DNA of 64,000 nt, from positions 12,710,001-12,774,000 of the forward strand of contig NW_024704749.1 in assembly GCF_018977255.1 (NCBI RefSeq). Reading direction: 5' to 3'. Below, piece by piece: positions 14,815-27,167 of this stretch (position 1 is the stretch's first letter; the number at the start of each line of letters is the position of its first letter). The notes under the pieces are model-generated. The model was not told the origin of the DNA, did not search any database, and saw nothing but the letters and a program-made list of their open reading frames with translations. The DNA comes from Callorhinchus milii. Its lineage: Eukaryota. The translations under genes and the position numbers were made by a program.

Positions 14815-15052
14815 CATTGAGTTGGCTGTAGACCACCTCCTCCAGGGAGTCCAGTCGGTGTAGAATGGCCTCTCTGTCCCCCAGGGGCCGCTCCCGGCCC
14901 CCGGCTCTCAGCTCCTGCTCGGCGGTGCGGACTATTTGGCTGAGCTCCTCTGAGCGCTCGGCGAGACGGCAATACACAGAGAACAGCACTATCCCCAGAA
15001 ACACCGCGATGTTCACCGTCAGCAGCGTCTTAATCCTCCGGGCGGGAGCCAT
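14815..15052 (-). CDS. GALNT9: Polypeptide N-acetylgalactosaminyltransferase 9, coding exon 1 (signal-anchor and stem)
   Basis: Translates MAPARRIKTLLTVNIAVFLGIVLFSVYCRL...GDREAILHRLDSLEEVVYSQLN(G), matching the GALNT9 N-terminus as I recall it. ATG at 15052, GT donor at 14814, 238 nt. Confidence 0.93.
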
Positions 15053-15455
15053 GGGCTTCAGCAGCGGCCACAGCGCGGCGGCATCGCGCCCCCTCCTCAC
15101 TCCCTCTCTCCTCCCTCTCTCCTCACTCCCCCTCCTCACTCCCTCTCTCCTCCCTCCCCCTCCTCACTCCCTCTCTCCTCTCTACCCTCCTCCCTCCCCC
15201 TTCCTCGCTCACTCTCTCCTCTCTACCCTCCCCCTTCCTCCCTCACTCTCTCCTCTCTACCCTCCTCCCTCCCCCCTTCCTCACTCACTCTCTCTCTCCT
15301 CTACCCTCTGACCGGCCCCAGATCCACACCGCTCCCTTCCTCCCTGTCTTCTTCCTCCGTCAGTCTCTCACTCTCTCCTCTCTCCTCTCTCACTATGTCT
15401 CTGTGGCTGTGTGAGCGCCGCCCACTGTCAGTGCCGCGCCGGTGGCTATCAGTGA

Positions 15456-15940
15456 GGCTGGGGCTGTGGCTGGGGAGGGGGCTGAGCAGGGGCTGGGGAG
15501 GGGGCTGAGCTGGGGCTGGGGAGGGGCTGAGCTGGGGCTGGGGAGGGGGCTGAGTTGGGGAGGGGGCTGAGCTGGGGAGGGGGCTGAGCTGGGGCTGGGG
15601 AGGGGGCTGAGTTGGGGCTGGGGAGGGGGCTGAGCTGGGGCTGGGGAGGTGGCTGAGCTGGGGAGGGGGCTGAGCTGGGGAGGGGGCTGAGCTGGGGAGG
15701 GGCTGAGCTGAGGAGGGGGCTGAGCTGGGGAGGGGGCTGAGCTGGGGAGGGGGCTGAGCTGGGGAGGGGGCTGAGCTGGGGAGGGGGCTGAGCTGGGGAG
15801 GGGGCTGAGCTGGGGAGGGGCTGAGCTGGGGAGGGGGCTGAGCTGGGGAGGGGGCTGAGCTGGGGCTGGGGAGGGGGCTGAGCTGGGGAGGGGGCTGAGC
15901 TGGGGAGGGGGCTGAGCTGGGGCTGGGGAGGGGGCTGGAG
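15456..15940. repeat. G-rich minisatellite (GGGGAGGGGGCTGAGCT)n upstream of GALNT9
   Basis: Visible 17/23-bp units. Confidence 0.9.
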
Positions 15941-16019
15941 GTGTAGGAGCTGCGAACCCTTCCCCGGCCACACATCAGCCGCCAGTCTGCGCAGCCCCGG
16001 CCATCTGTGACGCGACCAA

Positions 16020-17215
16020 CTCACTGTACACACACAGTCATTACACTGTACACACACACTGTATACACACATTGTACATACACTGTACACACACACACTG
16101 TCCTCTCACACACTATACACACACTGTATACACACACACTGTATACACACTGTCCACACACTTTCCACACACACTTCTCACACACACACTGTATACACAC
16201 TGTCCACACACATTGTACACACACACACACACTGTACACACACTGTCCACACACACTGTTCACACACATACTGTATATACGCTGTTCACACACACTATAT
16301 ACACACATACGCTGTATACATACACACTGTATACACAAACTGCATACACATACACTGTATACACACACAGTATACACACTGTATACACACTGTATACACA
16401 CACTGTATACACATACACACTGCTGTCTTGTACTGTGCTATGTTGTCTGTGCTGTGTTGAACTTTGCTGTGTTGTCTGTGCTGTGTTGTACAGTGCTGTG
16501 TTGTCTGTGCTGTGTTGTACGGTGCTGTATTATCTGTGCTGTGTTGTACGGTGCCATGTTGTCTGTGCTGTGTTGTCTGTGCTGTGTTGTACGGTGCCAT
16601 GTTGTCTGTGCTGTGTTGTCTGTGCTGTGTTGTCTGTGCTGTGTTGTATGGTGCTGTATTGTCTGTGCTGTGTTTTACAGTGCTATGTTGTCTGTGCTAT
16701 GTTGTCTGTGCTGTGTTGTACTTTGCCATGCTGCACAGTACTGTGCTCTGCCGTGCTGTGCTGTACCGTGCCTGTGCTGTACAGTGCTGTGCTGTAGCAT
16801 GCTATGCTGTACTGTGCTTGTACTGTACCATGCTGTGCTGTGCTGTACAGTGCTGTGCTATACAGTGCTGTGCTATACAGTGCTGTGCTGTACAGTGCTG
16901 TGCTGTACCGTGCTGTGCTGTGCTGTACCGTGCTGTGCTGTACAGTGCTGTGCTGTACAGTGCTGTATTGTACAGTGCTGTACAGTGCTGTGCTGAACAG
17001 TGCTGTATTGTACAGTGCTGTGCTGTACAGTGCTGTGCTGAACAGTGCTGTGCTGTACAGTGCTGTATTGTACAGTGCTGTGCTGTACAGTGCTGTGCTA
17101 TACAGTGCTGTGCTGTACAGTGCTGTGCTGTACAGTGCTCTATTGTAGAGTGCTGTGCTGTACAGTGCTGTGCTATACAGTGCTGTGCTGTACAGTGCTA
17201 TGCTGTACAGTGCTG
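16020..17215. repeat. CA-rich (ACACTGTATAC) block followed by a TG-rich (TACAGTGCTGTGCTG)n block
   Basis: Visible; composition switches near 16420. Confidence 0.9.
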
Positions 17216-18608
17216 ATCACAGAGAGAGAGAGCATCCGAACTGATCTCAGAGGTGCCACCCTCCACTCTCACCCTCTGTGAGGCGTGGAGCTGAGTGCAC
17301 ACTGAGGATCACAGGCGTGCTCTGAACCCCCCCTCCCAGGATCATGTAGCTATGGGTGGGGCACTGACCACTGAGCCGAGGGCAAACATGTTTATTATGA
17401 AGATAAATAAGCTTAGTCCAGCCTGGGTGTCCAACGCTGGGGTTTGAGCTCAGGCTGAAATGTGCCCTCGACTCTGAGCCCAGACACCATCGGTGCCATT
17501 TCACTTGTGTGATTAGGGTGAGGATTCCAAATTCATCCATATTAAACCTCTCTCCTCAGTTCAGCTCTCCGCTCTCCTGTTATTCACCTGTTATTCTGAG
17601 ATTGTAGTTTTATTAAAGTCGGGGTCGGTATAGAATTGTGCCATTGCCGCAGAGTCAGGCAGGTGTCAGGCAACAGTGACAAGATTCTCTACAGTGTTGC
17701 AGGCAATCATCTAGCAAAGTTTTGACTGAAAGGAATGGTTAATTGGGCCACCTTTTATTCATTATTGTATTCCACTCAGTGTGTAAATCCAGCAAATGGC
17801 TTATATCACTCATCCAAATACCAGGCACAACCATAATGCATTTTGACATCTTTTATTCTTCATAAAAGCAGCAGCGATGAAGGCCAAACCACAGGCCCCA
17901 GCGAACAGCAGCGAGTGTGAGAGAGAGTGAAGAAATTGCCCTTCACATGGGAGTTATTCTCTGTCTGTCACTGACCTCACCTCTCGCCTCTCACAATGGA
18001 AGCTAACTTTACTGAAGAGAAGCCAACAAGAAAGGCTGTGACCCCAGCCCGCTTTGTGTCTGGTAGTCCTCCCATTGATGCAGCACCTTATCACGTCGTC
18101 CCGATGTCTCAAAGAACTTCACAGGGTTTTACTGTAAAGTGTAGTGACTGTGTATTTCGCAGGGGGACGCAGCCATGCTTGCTACAGCTCTCTGCTGCTG
18201 TGGTTGGTCTCAAGCCCTGATGTGACTTTACAGATCACTTTTAAATAATGTAATGTCAGCAGCGTCAGGGACTGTGGCTGTCACCACGTTGCTGTCAGTG
18301 TGAGGTGATGTGTGAATGACACAGTGAGTGGCAGTGAGCGAGTCCCTACATTACAAACCATGACTGACTGATTATCAATAGCTGCTGGAGGTTTCCACGG
18401 CCAATGGCAAACTGTGACAGCAATGTGTAACATCAGGTACACAGCAGCCAAACACCCCAACTCCCATTCCTTCTGTTTGATCGAATTCAGCCTGAGAAGC
18501 TGCAGGACATGCAAAAGCCATTCACTGTACTGCCCCTCCACACAAACCCCAACCACACACCCTACACACACACACACACACCACAAATACACACACACCA
18601 CATACAGA

Positions 18609-19142
18609 AACAACAACAATAATAATAATAATAATCCTTGCATTTGATATAGCGCTTTTCACGTCCGGAGGACGTCCCAAAGCGCTGGACAGTTGGGTCA
18701 GGACCCGAGCATTGGGGGGAAATGGTCAGTGTGAGGGGAGGGAAGGGAGGGAGCGAGGAGGGGGGAGATGGTCAGGGTGAGGGAAGGGAGGGAGCGAGGA
18801 GGGGGGAAATGGTCAGGGTGAGGGGAGGGAAGGGAGGGGGCGAGGAGGGTGTAGAGAGCCGAGAGGGGAGCTGAAGGCTGAATGTCGAAGAGAAAGGTCT
18901 TGAGACCGGCCTTGAAGGAGGAAAGGGAGGAAGCGGCGAAGGCACTGGGGGATGGAGTTCCAGAGCCTCGGGGCTGAGAGGCTGAAGGCTCGGCCACCGA
19001 TGTTGGGGCGGGGGATGTGGAGCAGACCGGAGCCAGAGGAACGGAGGGTACGGGCGAGTAGATAGGGGGATAGTAGGTCGGAGAGGTAGGGGGGAGCGAG
19101 GCCGTGAATGGCCTTGTAGGTGAGGATGAGGATCTTGAATTC
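18609..19142 (-). mobile_element. L2 LINE 3' end (ORF2 C-terminus, 3'UTR and tail)
   Basis: FKILILTYKAIHGLAPPYLSDLL...GRAFSLSAPRLWNSIP; terminal stem-loop tail shared with the SINE. Confidence 0.88.
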
Positions 19143-21119
19143 GCACACCACACACACACCACAAATAAACACATATACACACACACCACTCACAGAAACA
19201 CACCTACCACACACACACACACACCACAAACACACACACCAACACATACACCACATGCAAACACACACACCCCAACCACACACCACACACACAAACACAC
19301 ACACACCAACACATATACACCACACACAAACACACATCATTGAGCCCGTGTGATTGTGAGAGCAGCTCAGACATGATGGGTCGAATCCTCTCTTCCTGTG
19401 CTGTACATATCCATGGTTTCTCTGGAATAATTAATGCTTTTTTTTAAATGGAAAAAAAATGAACAAATTACTGATTTGACAAATTTGTGATGTGAATGTT
19501 AAGCCAACGAGAGAAGATTGTATAGGGCAGAACCCAGCAGCCAGGCCAAGTCAGAGGGTGTGAAACAAGCAGATAGAAAGCCATTTAACGATGGTCGTGA
19601 GCTGGCGAATACATTACCCTGTTTACTGATGACTGTTTAATGATCTGTAATGAGCTCTTTAAGTACAAGAGATTCACGTTTAATGCGTCATTGAAAATAA
19701 TGAGGAAATTGTGTTCGAGCAGGACAGATAGTTATTAAGGTGAAGCGCGCACTAACAATAACTCACAGCTCTGCAATGTGACGAATACCATTTTTGTCAA
19801 AAACTATTGTGATGAGAATGACTTTGGGTGGCTAAAGCTAAAGACAGTGCAAGCAGGACCTTCCTGGCCCAGTGTGAGCCCCTCAGGGCAGCTTGATTTA
19901 TCATTCAGCCAATTGAATGTTACAGGGAACTGCGGAGTGAGGAAAAGATCAGGTAATTAAGGCGAGGAATGAAAGCTCTAACTAGTCATAAATCAACTGT
20001 CTGTAGTGGAATAAAGTGAGGAACAGACGTGAAAGTGAACCAGGGAGCAGCTTTATTGCCTGTTAATTACTCTGGGCTAATGAACAATTTCTTTCACACT
20101 TTCACCGCGACTCAGATATTAACTCACTGCCAGCAGCCGTGGCTGAAGCAAACACCATTGATGTGTTTAAGAGAAAACGTGATGCGTTCGTGAGAGAGAA
20201 GGAAAGAGGAGGGGTCAAGGTTTGTGAGTATAAACACTGGCACAGACTGGTTGGGCCGAGTGGCATTTTCCATTCTGAATACCCTCTGTGACTCTGTTTT
20301 ATAGTAAATAGTCTCGCATTCTGAGCTGCCACCCCACACTTTATTTCATAATAGATAAATCCACGCAAATGGTGTCACCTTTTCAAGTTAGGATGCCTCA
20401 AAACCCTGCACAGGATATACTGTTTAGTGACTGTGTATTTTGTAGGTGAACACAGCAATATTATTCAAAAAGCAATGACTTTGATCTGATCCACCAGGAG
20501 GAAAGAGCTGTGCTTTTAATAGATGGTCTTAGTTCTTTATCAGCCGCTCGTATCTGCAGGCCTCAATCTCTGAAAGGTGGCTTTTTTGTATGCCGGGGTG
20601 ACAGGTGCTGTGACAGTTTGGCTGTGAGGTTGCCCTGGTTGAGTTGGCTGTGAGGTGTAACAGTTACCCTCAGGTGGTAGCTGAGGGAAGCTAATGCGGC
20701 AAACTCTCCCAATCCCAGTTTAAAGACAAGGCGTGAAGCCCAGGCCCAGGGATATGGTCGGACACAGTGGTCACCAGACAGATGTCGATAACAGTTACTG
20801 TTTTGTACATAATCACCAAGTGTTTATTTGATAATAATGTTCTTTCTTTCCTGACTCCGGGGCTGGAGGGAGAGTTGGGGGTGGATTGTAATGAAGAGGT
20901 CAGGAGTTGAAGCTTTGTGTGCTGTGACCACAGTGGCCTCTCTGACACGGCAACAGAGCCCTCTTCTGGCTCCTTCATACAAAACACAAAAACACTGACC
21001 AGATCTTTCTGCAAACTAAACAAATAGTGAGAGTGAGAGATCCTGTGATAGGCCCCATTGGTGATGTATCTGTGTTTATCCTGTGTGTGTGTATGGTGTG
21101 TACATGTGGGTGTACATGT

Positions 21120-21438
21120 GGAGTCCTGTAGCTCAGTGGTTAGAGCACTCGCTTTGCAAGTGAGAGACCTGAGTTCAATTCCAGGCAGAGGGCGAAACCT
21201 TGGGCAAGTTTCCTTACTCCACACAGAGCCTAATAATAATCCTCCAAAACCAAAAACAATAATAAATTGGTCATTTTCAATCCATGACTGTTTGTGGGAC
21301 ATTGCTGTGCGCAATTGGCTGCCGCGTTCGCCCACAAATATACAGTCAATTAACTTTACAGTGTGTTCTGTGAAGCGCTTTGGGACGTCCTCCCGACGTG
21401 AAAAGCGCTATATCAAATGCAAGGATTATTATTATTAT
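21120..21438 (+). mobile_element. Full-length tRNA(Ala)-derived SINE with L2-type 3' tail
   Basis: A box TAGCTCAGTGG, TGC anticodon loop, B-box-like GAGTTCAATTCC, body ...ctgtttgtgggacattgctgtgcgcaattggctgccg..., tail aagcgctttgggacgtc...aaatgcaagg(att)n; near-identical copies elsewhere in the window. Confidence 0.9.
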
Positions 21439-23414
21439 GTGGTGTGTGTGTGTACACATGTGTGATGTGTGATGTGATGTGTGTGTACATGTGATATGTG
21501 TGTAATGTGATGTGTGTACATGTGATGAAATGAGATATCAAATTCAAAGCTAATGAGTTGATCAGGAGATCAGGGTGACTGTGGCCAATAATGTTGCCTT
21601 TGATCAGGTTTTATTGATGGAAGGATGGGGCGTGAGGTACATTCTGTGTTGTGTTACTGTCAGTTAGTGGAGATTGTAAACCGTCCTATTTCAAACCACA
21701 AAACATTCCATCTGTTGCTGAGCGATTGCAGAATCATTAATCCTGACTGGTTGGTACTTAGGAGCACTTAATGGATGTTCTGGTCATTATGGTGCTGTCG
21801 GCTGTCTGTTGATACAGTGCCTCCTTATGCCACGAGAGGCTTTCCAGGATACACTGTAAAGTGATGTGACTGGTGTTGTTTTCCTCTCCTCCCCCTGGTC
21901 AGTGTTTCCATCAGATGTTGGGCTTCAATGAGGGGCGAGGCCTTGGCTTGTTGAAGAATCTGGACAATCAATAGGGTAGTGATTTACTGCAGGAAGACGC
22001 TGATTTTTGTCGCTCACACGATTTCACTGCCATTAATTAGGGAGAGATGGAGCTCTGACCCTTTGCTGTGATATAATTGGATCCTGATGTGGGCGCTGCT
22101 AATTTGACACATGGTTTTACACTTGAATGTGGAATTCTGCAGATTAACAACACAATATGTGAATGTTGAGCCAGGGCCAGTTTATTGATTCTGTTTCCAT
22201 TTAAAAGTTAAAAACCTGTTATGGTTTATCAGAAGTGAAGGTTAGCCCTCACCCAGGCTGTGTGAGCCGCACAGAGGCCAGCGTCAGCCAGACTGATCCT
22301 CACCGGCTCGATGTCGTGCTCCACCACTGTCAAGTGCTCTGGGATGCTACCCTGCATGAGGGGCGCTGTGTAAATACAAGTTGTTGTTGTTGACAGTGTA
22401 ACCGGAAAACGCCAGCAGCTGATTCAGAAAGTTTGGGAAGGCCCTGGCAGGTGTGTCCAGAGTATGGGCTCCCCTGGAATAACAGCCAGGATCGGGGGCC
22501 CCCGGGTGAGTGGGAAAATCAGTGCAGGAGTCTGTCAGTGCTTCTCTGAGAGGCTCCTTCACCCTTCACTAGCTGTCTGTCACCACTCGCCTCTTGCCTG
22601 AACCCTCATACTGTCCCACGATGCAGGCGATGACGATCATGTGCAAACGGTTTTAAATTCTGGGAATGATTGAAGTCCCAGCCCGGCTTCTCATAAATCC
22701 AACCTATTGATTTCCTGATTCGGTTTTGAACTTTAATGATTTAAAACAACATTTTCCTGGGGAAATGAATCCTGGTTTTGCTCTCAGACTTTAATAAATT
22801 GCTGACTTGCGCTGCTGTTCGCCCTTGCTCTCAATTAACCTCAATCTGACCTTTTATCAGAAGCTGAGAAGTGACTCTGAGCAGAACAAGGGGAAAAGTA
22901 CAACTTGTCTTTTCTCTGACAGTTGTTAGGAGGTGGAATGACCTGCGTGTGGGGGAGTGGTGGGCGAGGCAGGAGCTCGGTTAGCTTTAAGGAGGAAATG
23001 AGACAGAGATCTAGAGAAGAGGCTGTACAGGGGTTTGTATACACTCTGTGACTCGATGCCATGGGTGTGAGTGCACAGTAAGAGCTCCCAGCACTGTCTG
23101 CCCAAAGAGTGGTCTCTAACCATGAGCACAGCCATCGCTGGGCAGCCGTCTGGACAGATTAGTTTTAAACGTTGTTGGAGACGCCGTTCTTCAGGTGAGA
23201 TGCTAAAGTAAAACTCCCCGTCTGTTTCCTGTTCAGGTGGATGTTAAAGATCTCACTGCGCTATTCATAAAGAGAAGGGAGTTTTTCTCCCAGATAACAA
23301 CAACAACAAGATTACATTTGTATAGCGCCTTTCACATCAGGAGGACATCCCAAGGCGCTGAACAGTGACAACATTTCATAAAAATCACTTGCTCACTTCA
23401 CGGTTGTTTGTGCG

Positions 23415-23770
23415 ATTTCAGCTCATTCAAACCACCGCCTCTCGCAATCTCACCCGCACCAAACTCCACACCCCGATTACTCCAGTCCTGGCCAAACCCC
23501 ACTGGCTCCTGTCACAGAGCGGATCCACTTCAAGATCCTCACTCTAGTGTTTAAATCCCTCCATTCCTTGCCCCCCCCCCCCATCTCTCTAACCTCCTCT
23601 CTCCCCACAGCAGTATCCGCTGCCTCCACTCTACTGGGTCCGGCCTCCTCTGTGTCCCCCGAATCCTCCGTTCCACCATCGGCGACCGTGCCTTCAGCCA
23701 CTCCACCATTGTTAAGCTCTGAGACGCCGCCTAGCGTGGAGGGTGCTATATAAATGCAAGTTGTTGTTTT
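23415..23770 (+). mobile_element. L2 LINE 3' fragment with (TTG)n tail
   Basis: QLIQTTASRNLTRTKLHTPITPVLAKPHWL motif; tail ctatataaatgcaagttgttg. Confidence 0.75.
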
Positions 23771-26119
23771 GTGAACAAATCAGCTGCCACATTTGCCTAC
23801 AAAACGCACAGTTACTACACGTTACAGTAAATGCTGTCAAGCACTTGTTGAGGGTTGCTGAGGAGATGAGGGAGGTGATGGGGGTTGTTGAGGGGATAAG
23901 CGAATGTGCAGGAGATTTTCCTTTAAATTGAACTCTGGACAGAGCCTGTGAGCGTTCAGACGTTTCATTTGTAGTTTAACGATCCTGTATTGAGGAAAGC
24001 TACTGGAGACCTCATCAAAGCCGCAAACCATTTGTTCTCATTAAATGGAAATGTTTGGCTTTGAAGCGTGTCCTGACCATATAGCTGAGATAGTAACAGT
24101 AATTACTGTTGCCCAGGTGATGTGTGTATTACAGTGGGGCAGTGGGGCCGAGGCTGGAGTTTAACTTAATGGCAGTTTTCAGAGTTATTTTTATTCAATG
24201 AAATTTCGACTAAAACTTTTATAGGTTTTAGCTCCTGAACCACATGAGGTTTTGCTCCACGCACAGACACCTCCCCAAACAAACACACCTCCCTCCCCCC
24301 ACACACACACAGACATGTGCCCACACACACAGACATGTTATTTGGTTTCTGTACACACATTTGGTAGGATGCACTCTGAGATCCTTCGATGTTCCAGGGT
24401 CAGATCCACCCCAGATAATTATTGTTATTACAGACAGTGAGAGAGACCTACACATGGGAATTGGCTGTATTGGGAATAGAAAGCGCCCTCTCTTCCTGGA
24501 GGGATGCATCCTTCTCACCTCATTCCGGAGATTCGGGAAGGATTAGGGTTAACAGGAGTGTTTAGTGATTTTGAAGCAGAGAGAGAGATTGTGATGTTTT
24601 CAGGTTCACAAACAGTAGCGACCATACACCAATCCCACACTCTCAAACTTCAGTCTCAGTCTGAGTGCTCAGTGTCCATGCTGAGGTTTGTAACGTCAAA
24701 CAACAAACAACCTCAACCCTAGCTTCCCATCTCAGGAGATTAATCTTGTAAATAGCAGTAAAGCTTACGCTTAATTTGATAACATTGATCCACAATCTGC
24801 ATTGTTAGTGAATGGGCTGCTCGTTCCCACAGCGTCAATTGTGGCAATAACACAGGCAGGGCCCTGACCTTGTTAACTATCGCGGTGTCAAACCATACAG
24901 GTACCATCACTGTGTGATAACAGCGCTGCTCATCATAGTTAGACAAGCAACACAACCCACAGAGGAAAGGGAAAGCATTCAGCACTAACACACGACAGGA
25001 CTGTGTGAGGGTCTAAGCTGTCACACCTGCGCAAGATTGTGTGAGGGTTTGAGCTGTTCCAAGACTCTCACCAACCAGAGCAGGAGGTGCCCGCTTTCAC
25101 CTGCAATACTGTCCATATCAAGTTACACAACAGCTTTCAAACTTCTGCATCCGACAAGCGCAGAATGCATTTTGTGCTCATTTGCCTACATAACACACAG
25201 TCACTGCACATTGCAGCCCATCCTCTGAAGCTTTTACAGGTGACCTCCTGACATGAAAGGCATTGTATCAAATGTAAGGCTTATTATTATAATTGTTTGT
25301 CGGTGATTATTGTGAGGAGGCATTTCTCTCAGTTTTTGACTATCTGAATGTTTCTGCCTCGGTTAATGAGGCCCCCAGGGAATGGGAATTGAAAGCACCA
25401 GACTTTCCTCTCCCTGGGCCGGGTGCTGCTGCCCTCTCCTTGGCAAACACACACCTTTTTAGGGAATCGGTTTGATTTCTCTCCTATGCAGATGTCATGT
25501 CGTAAGGTGCCAGTCAGTCAGCACTTTAATCTCTGGGCAAGATCATCAACCCAGACTGTCTAACAGCAGCAAACTCTGGGTTACATCTCAACATACAGAT
25601 GACTGAGCCACGCGTTGGTACTGGCCTGAGTGGCTGCTCTGTGTCTGTGTGTGTGTGTGTGTGTGTGGACCTGCACAGTAACTCTCAGAGGTCATGACGG
25701 TGAGTTTGCGATGGAAACTGTATGAACTGGTGGGTCAACAGGCAATTCAATGATCTCGGCTGCAGCCATCCGTAAATATATCAAGAATTGGTAGCTTTTA
25801 GCTGAACAGTTTCAGCACTGTGGACAGTATAGTGCAGTGCTAACTCTCTCAGCACCATGGACAGTGCTGTGCTAACTCTCTCAGCACCATGGACAGTGCT
25901 GTGCTGACTCTCTCGGCGTTGTGGACAGATCACTGTGCAGTACATGTCTTGCCTCAACTGACATTGGAATCTACATAATTGAGACTTGTTGGAATATTGA
26001 AACTCCACAAAGCAGTTCACAGTAACTACTGGGACATGTAGTGACTGTTTTGAGGGAAAGCAGTTATCTGCAGGAAAATCTTTAACTAATTAATACTGAG
26101 AATCCCCAGCTCCACTATT

Positions 26120-26510
26120 CAAAAGATCCAACTCATTCAAAACTCTGCCGCACGCATACGTACCTGGACCAAACTCTGTACCCACATCTCACCAGTTCTG
26201 GCCAAGCTCCACTGGCTCCCTATCACTGAACGGATCGAATTCAAAATCCTCACACTCATGTTCAAATTCATTCACTCCCTGGCACCTCCCTACCTCTCCG
26301 ACCTCCTCACCCCCAATCCACCACTCGGCACCGCTACTCGACTGGCACCAGCCTCCTGCTTGTCCCTCACAACCTCCCCCCCACCATCGGAGTTCATGCT
26401 TTCAGCCACTACGCCCCCAAATTCTGGAATACTCTCCCTCAGTCCCTCCGCTTTGCCCCTCTCTCCTCTTTTTCAAGTCCCGCCTGAAAACTTTCCTCTC
26501 TAACTATGCT
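26120..26510 (+). mobile_element. L2 LINE ORF2 3' fragment
   Basis: Decayed IQNSAAR...LAKLHWLPITERIEFKILTL...APPYLSDLL motifs. Confidence 0.8.
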
Positions 26511-27167
26511 TACGTAATGTATTCATATCATCATCATAACTGATGAGGGCAGCGAGCTTCTAAAGTTTCCACATGCTGTAAGGAACGAGCACCAATGTGC
26601 TTCCTGGTAATTTTAAAGCAAAGTCAATGACCTACTGCTTTTCCCATTAAACTGATGATGATCAGGAGAATCTGTCTGCTTTGTATCTGAAGCAGAACAA
26701 AGTTATGGAGTGTGTAATGTAAACGCAGGAATATGTATTGCGGTGTCACCATCTTAATCCATCTCCTGATGAGGCTCTTTGTTCATTGTTGTATTGTTAG
26801 ACCCCACTCCTCCACTCATTGCTATTGGTTTCCAGCCAAACTGATATCTGTAGTTGTAACCCACTGCAGTGGTTTCACACCGTACTGTACCTTTGTCCTC
26901 TTTAAACTCAATAGGAACCAAATCAAACCAAGCAGTGGATAAGTTACAATTAAACTCCACTTCTCAATGGCATTTGTTCAACTTCATATTAAAACACATC
27001 CTCTGACCCCGGTCAACAGGTCAGCAAGGACAAACCATTCTGACCATTTAGCAAATCTGCTTTGGGATCAATCCAATCTGTCTGTCCCACAGCAGCTAAG
27101 GAAACAGGAGAGAATTTAGGCCGAGTGTGAAGCAGACTGCTCCATACGATAGATCTTGTATCATATG

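Noticed and set aside
14015-14831. Long ORFs of 141-251 aa (SDTA, QPQT and HSLR repeats)
   Set aside because: Open in several frames on both strands because they run through stop-free tandem repeats inside GALNT9 intron 1.
15301-17281. Pro/Ser-rich and Cys/His-rich ORFs up to 329 aa, superficially keratin-associated or metallothionein-like
   Set aside because: Translations of minisatellites; several frames are open and there is no splice or codon evidence.
21120-21195. tRNA-Ala(TGC)-like sequence (also at 35878 and, reversed, 51540-51612)
   Set aside because: The acceptor stem does not pair and each copy continues into a SINE body and tail, so these are SINE heads rather than tRNA genes.
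26538-26575. Hammerhead-ribozyme-like CTGATGA-stem motif
   Set aside because: The required GAAA reads TAAA and I could not find stems I and III; at most a decayed remnant.
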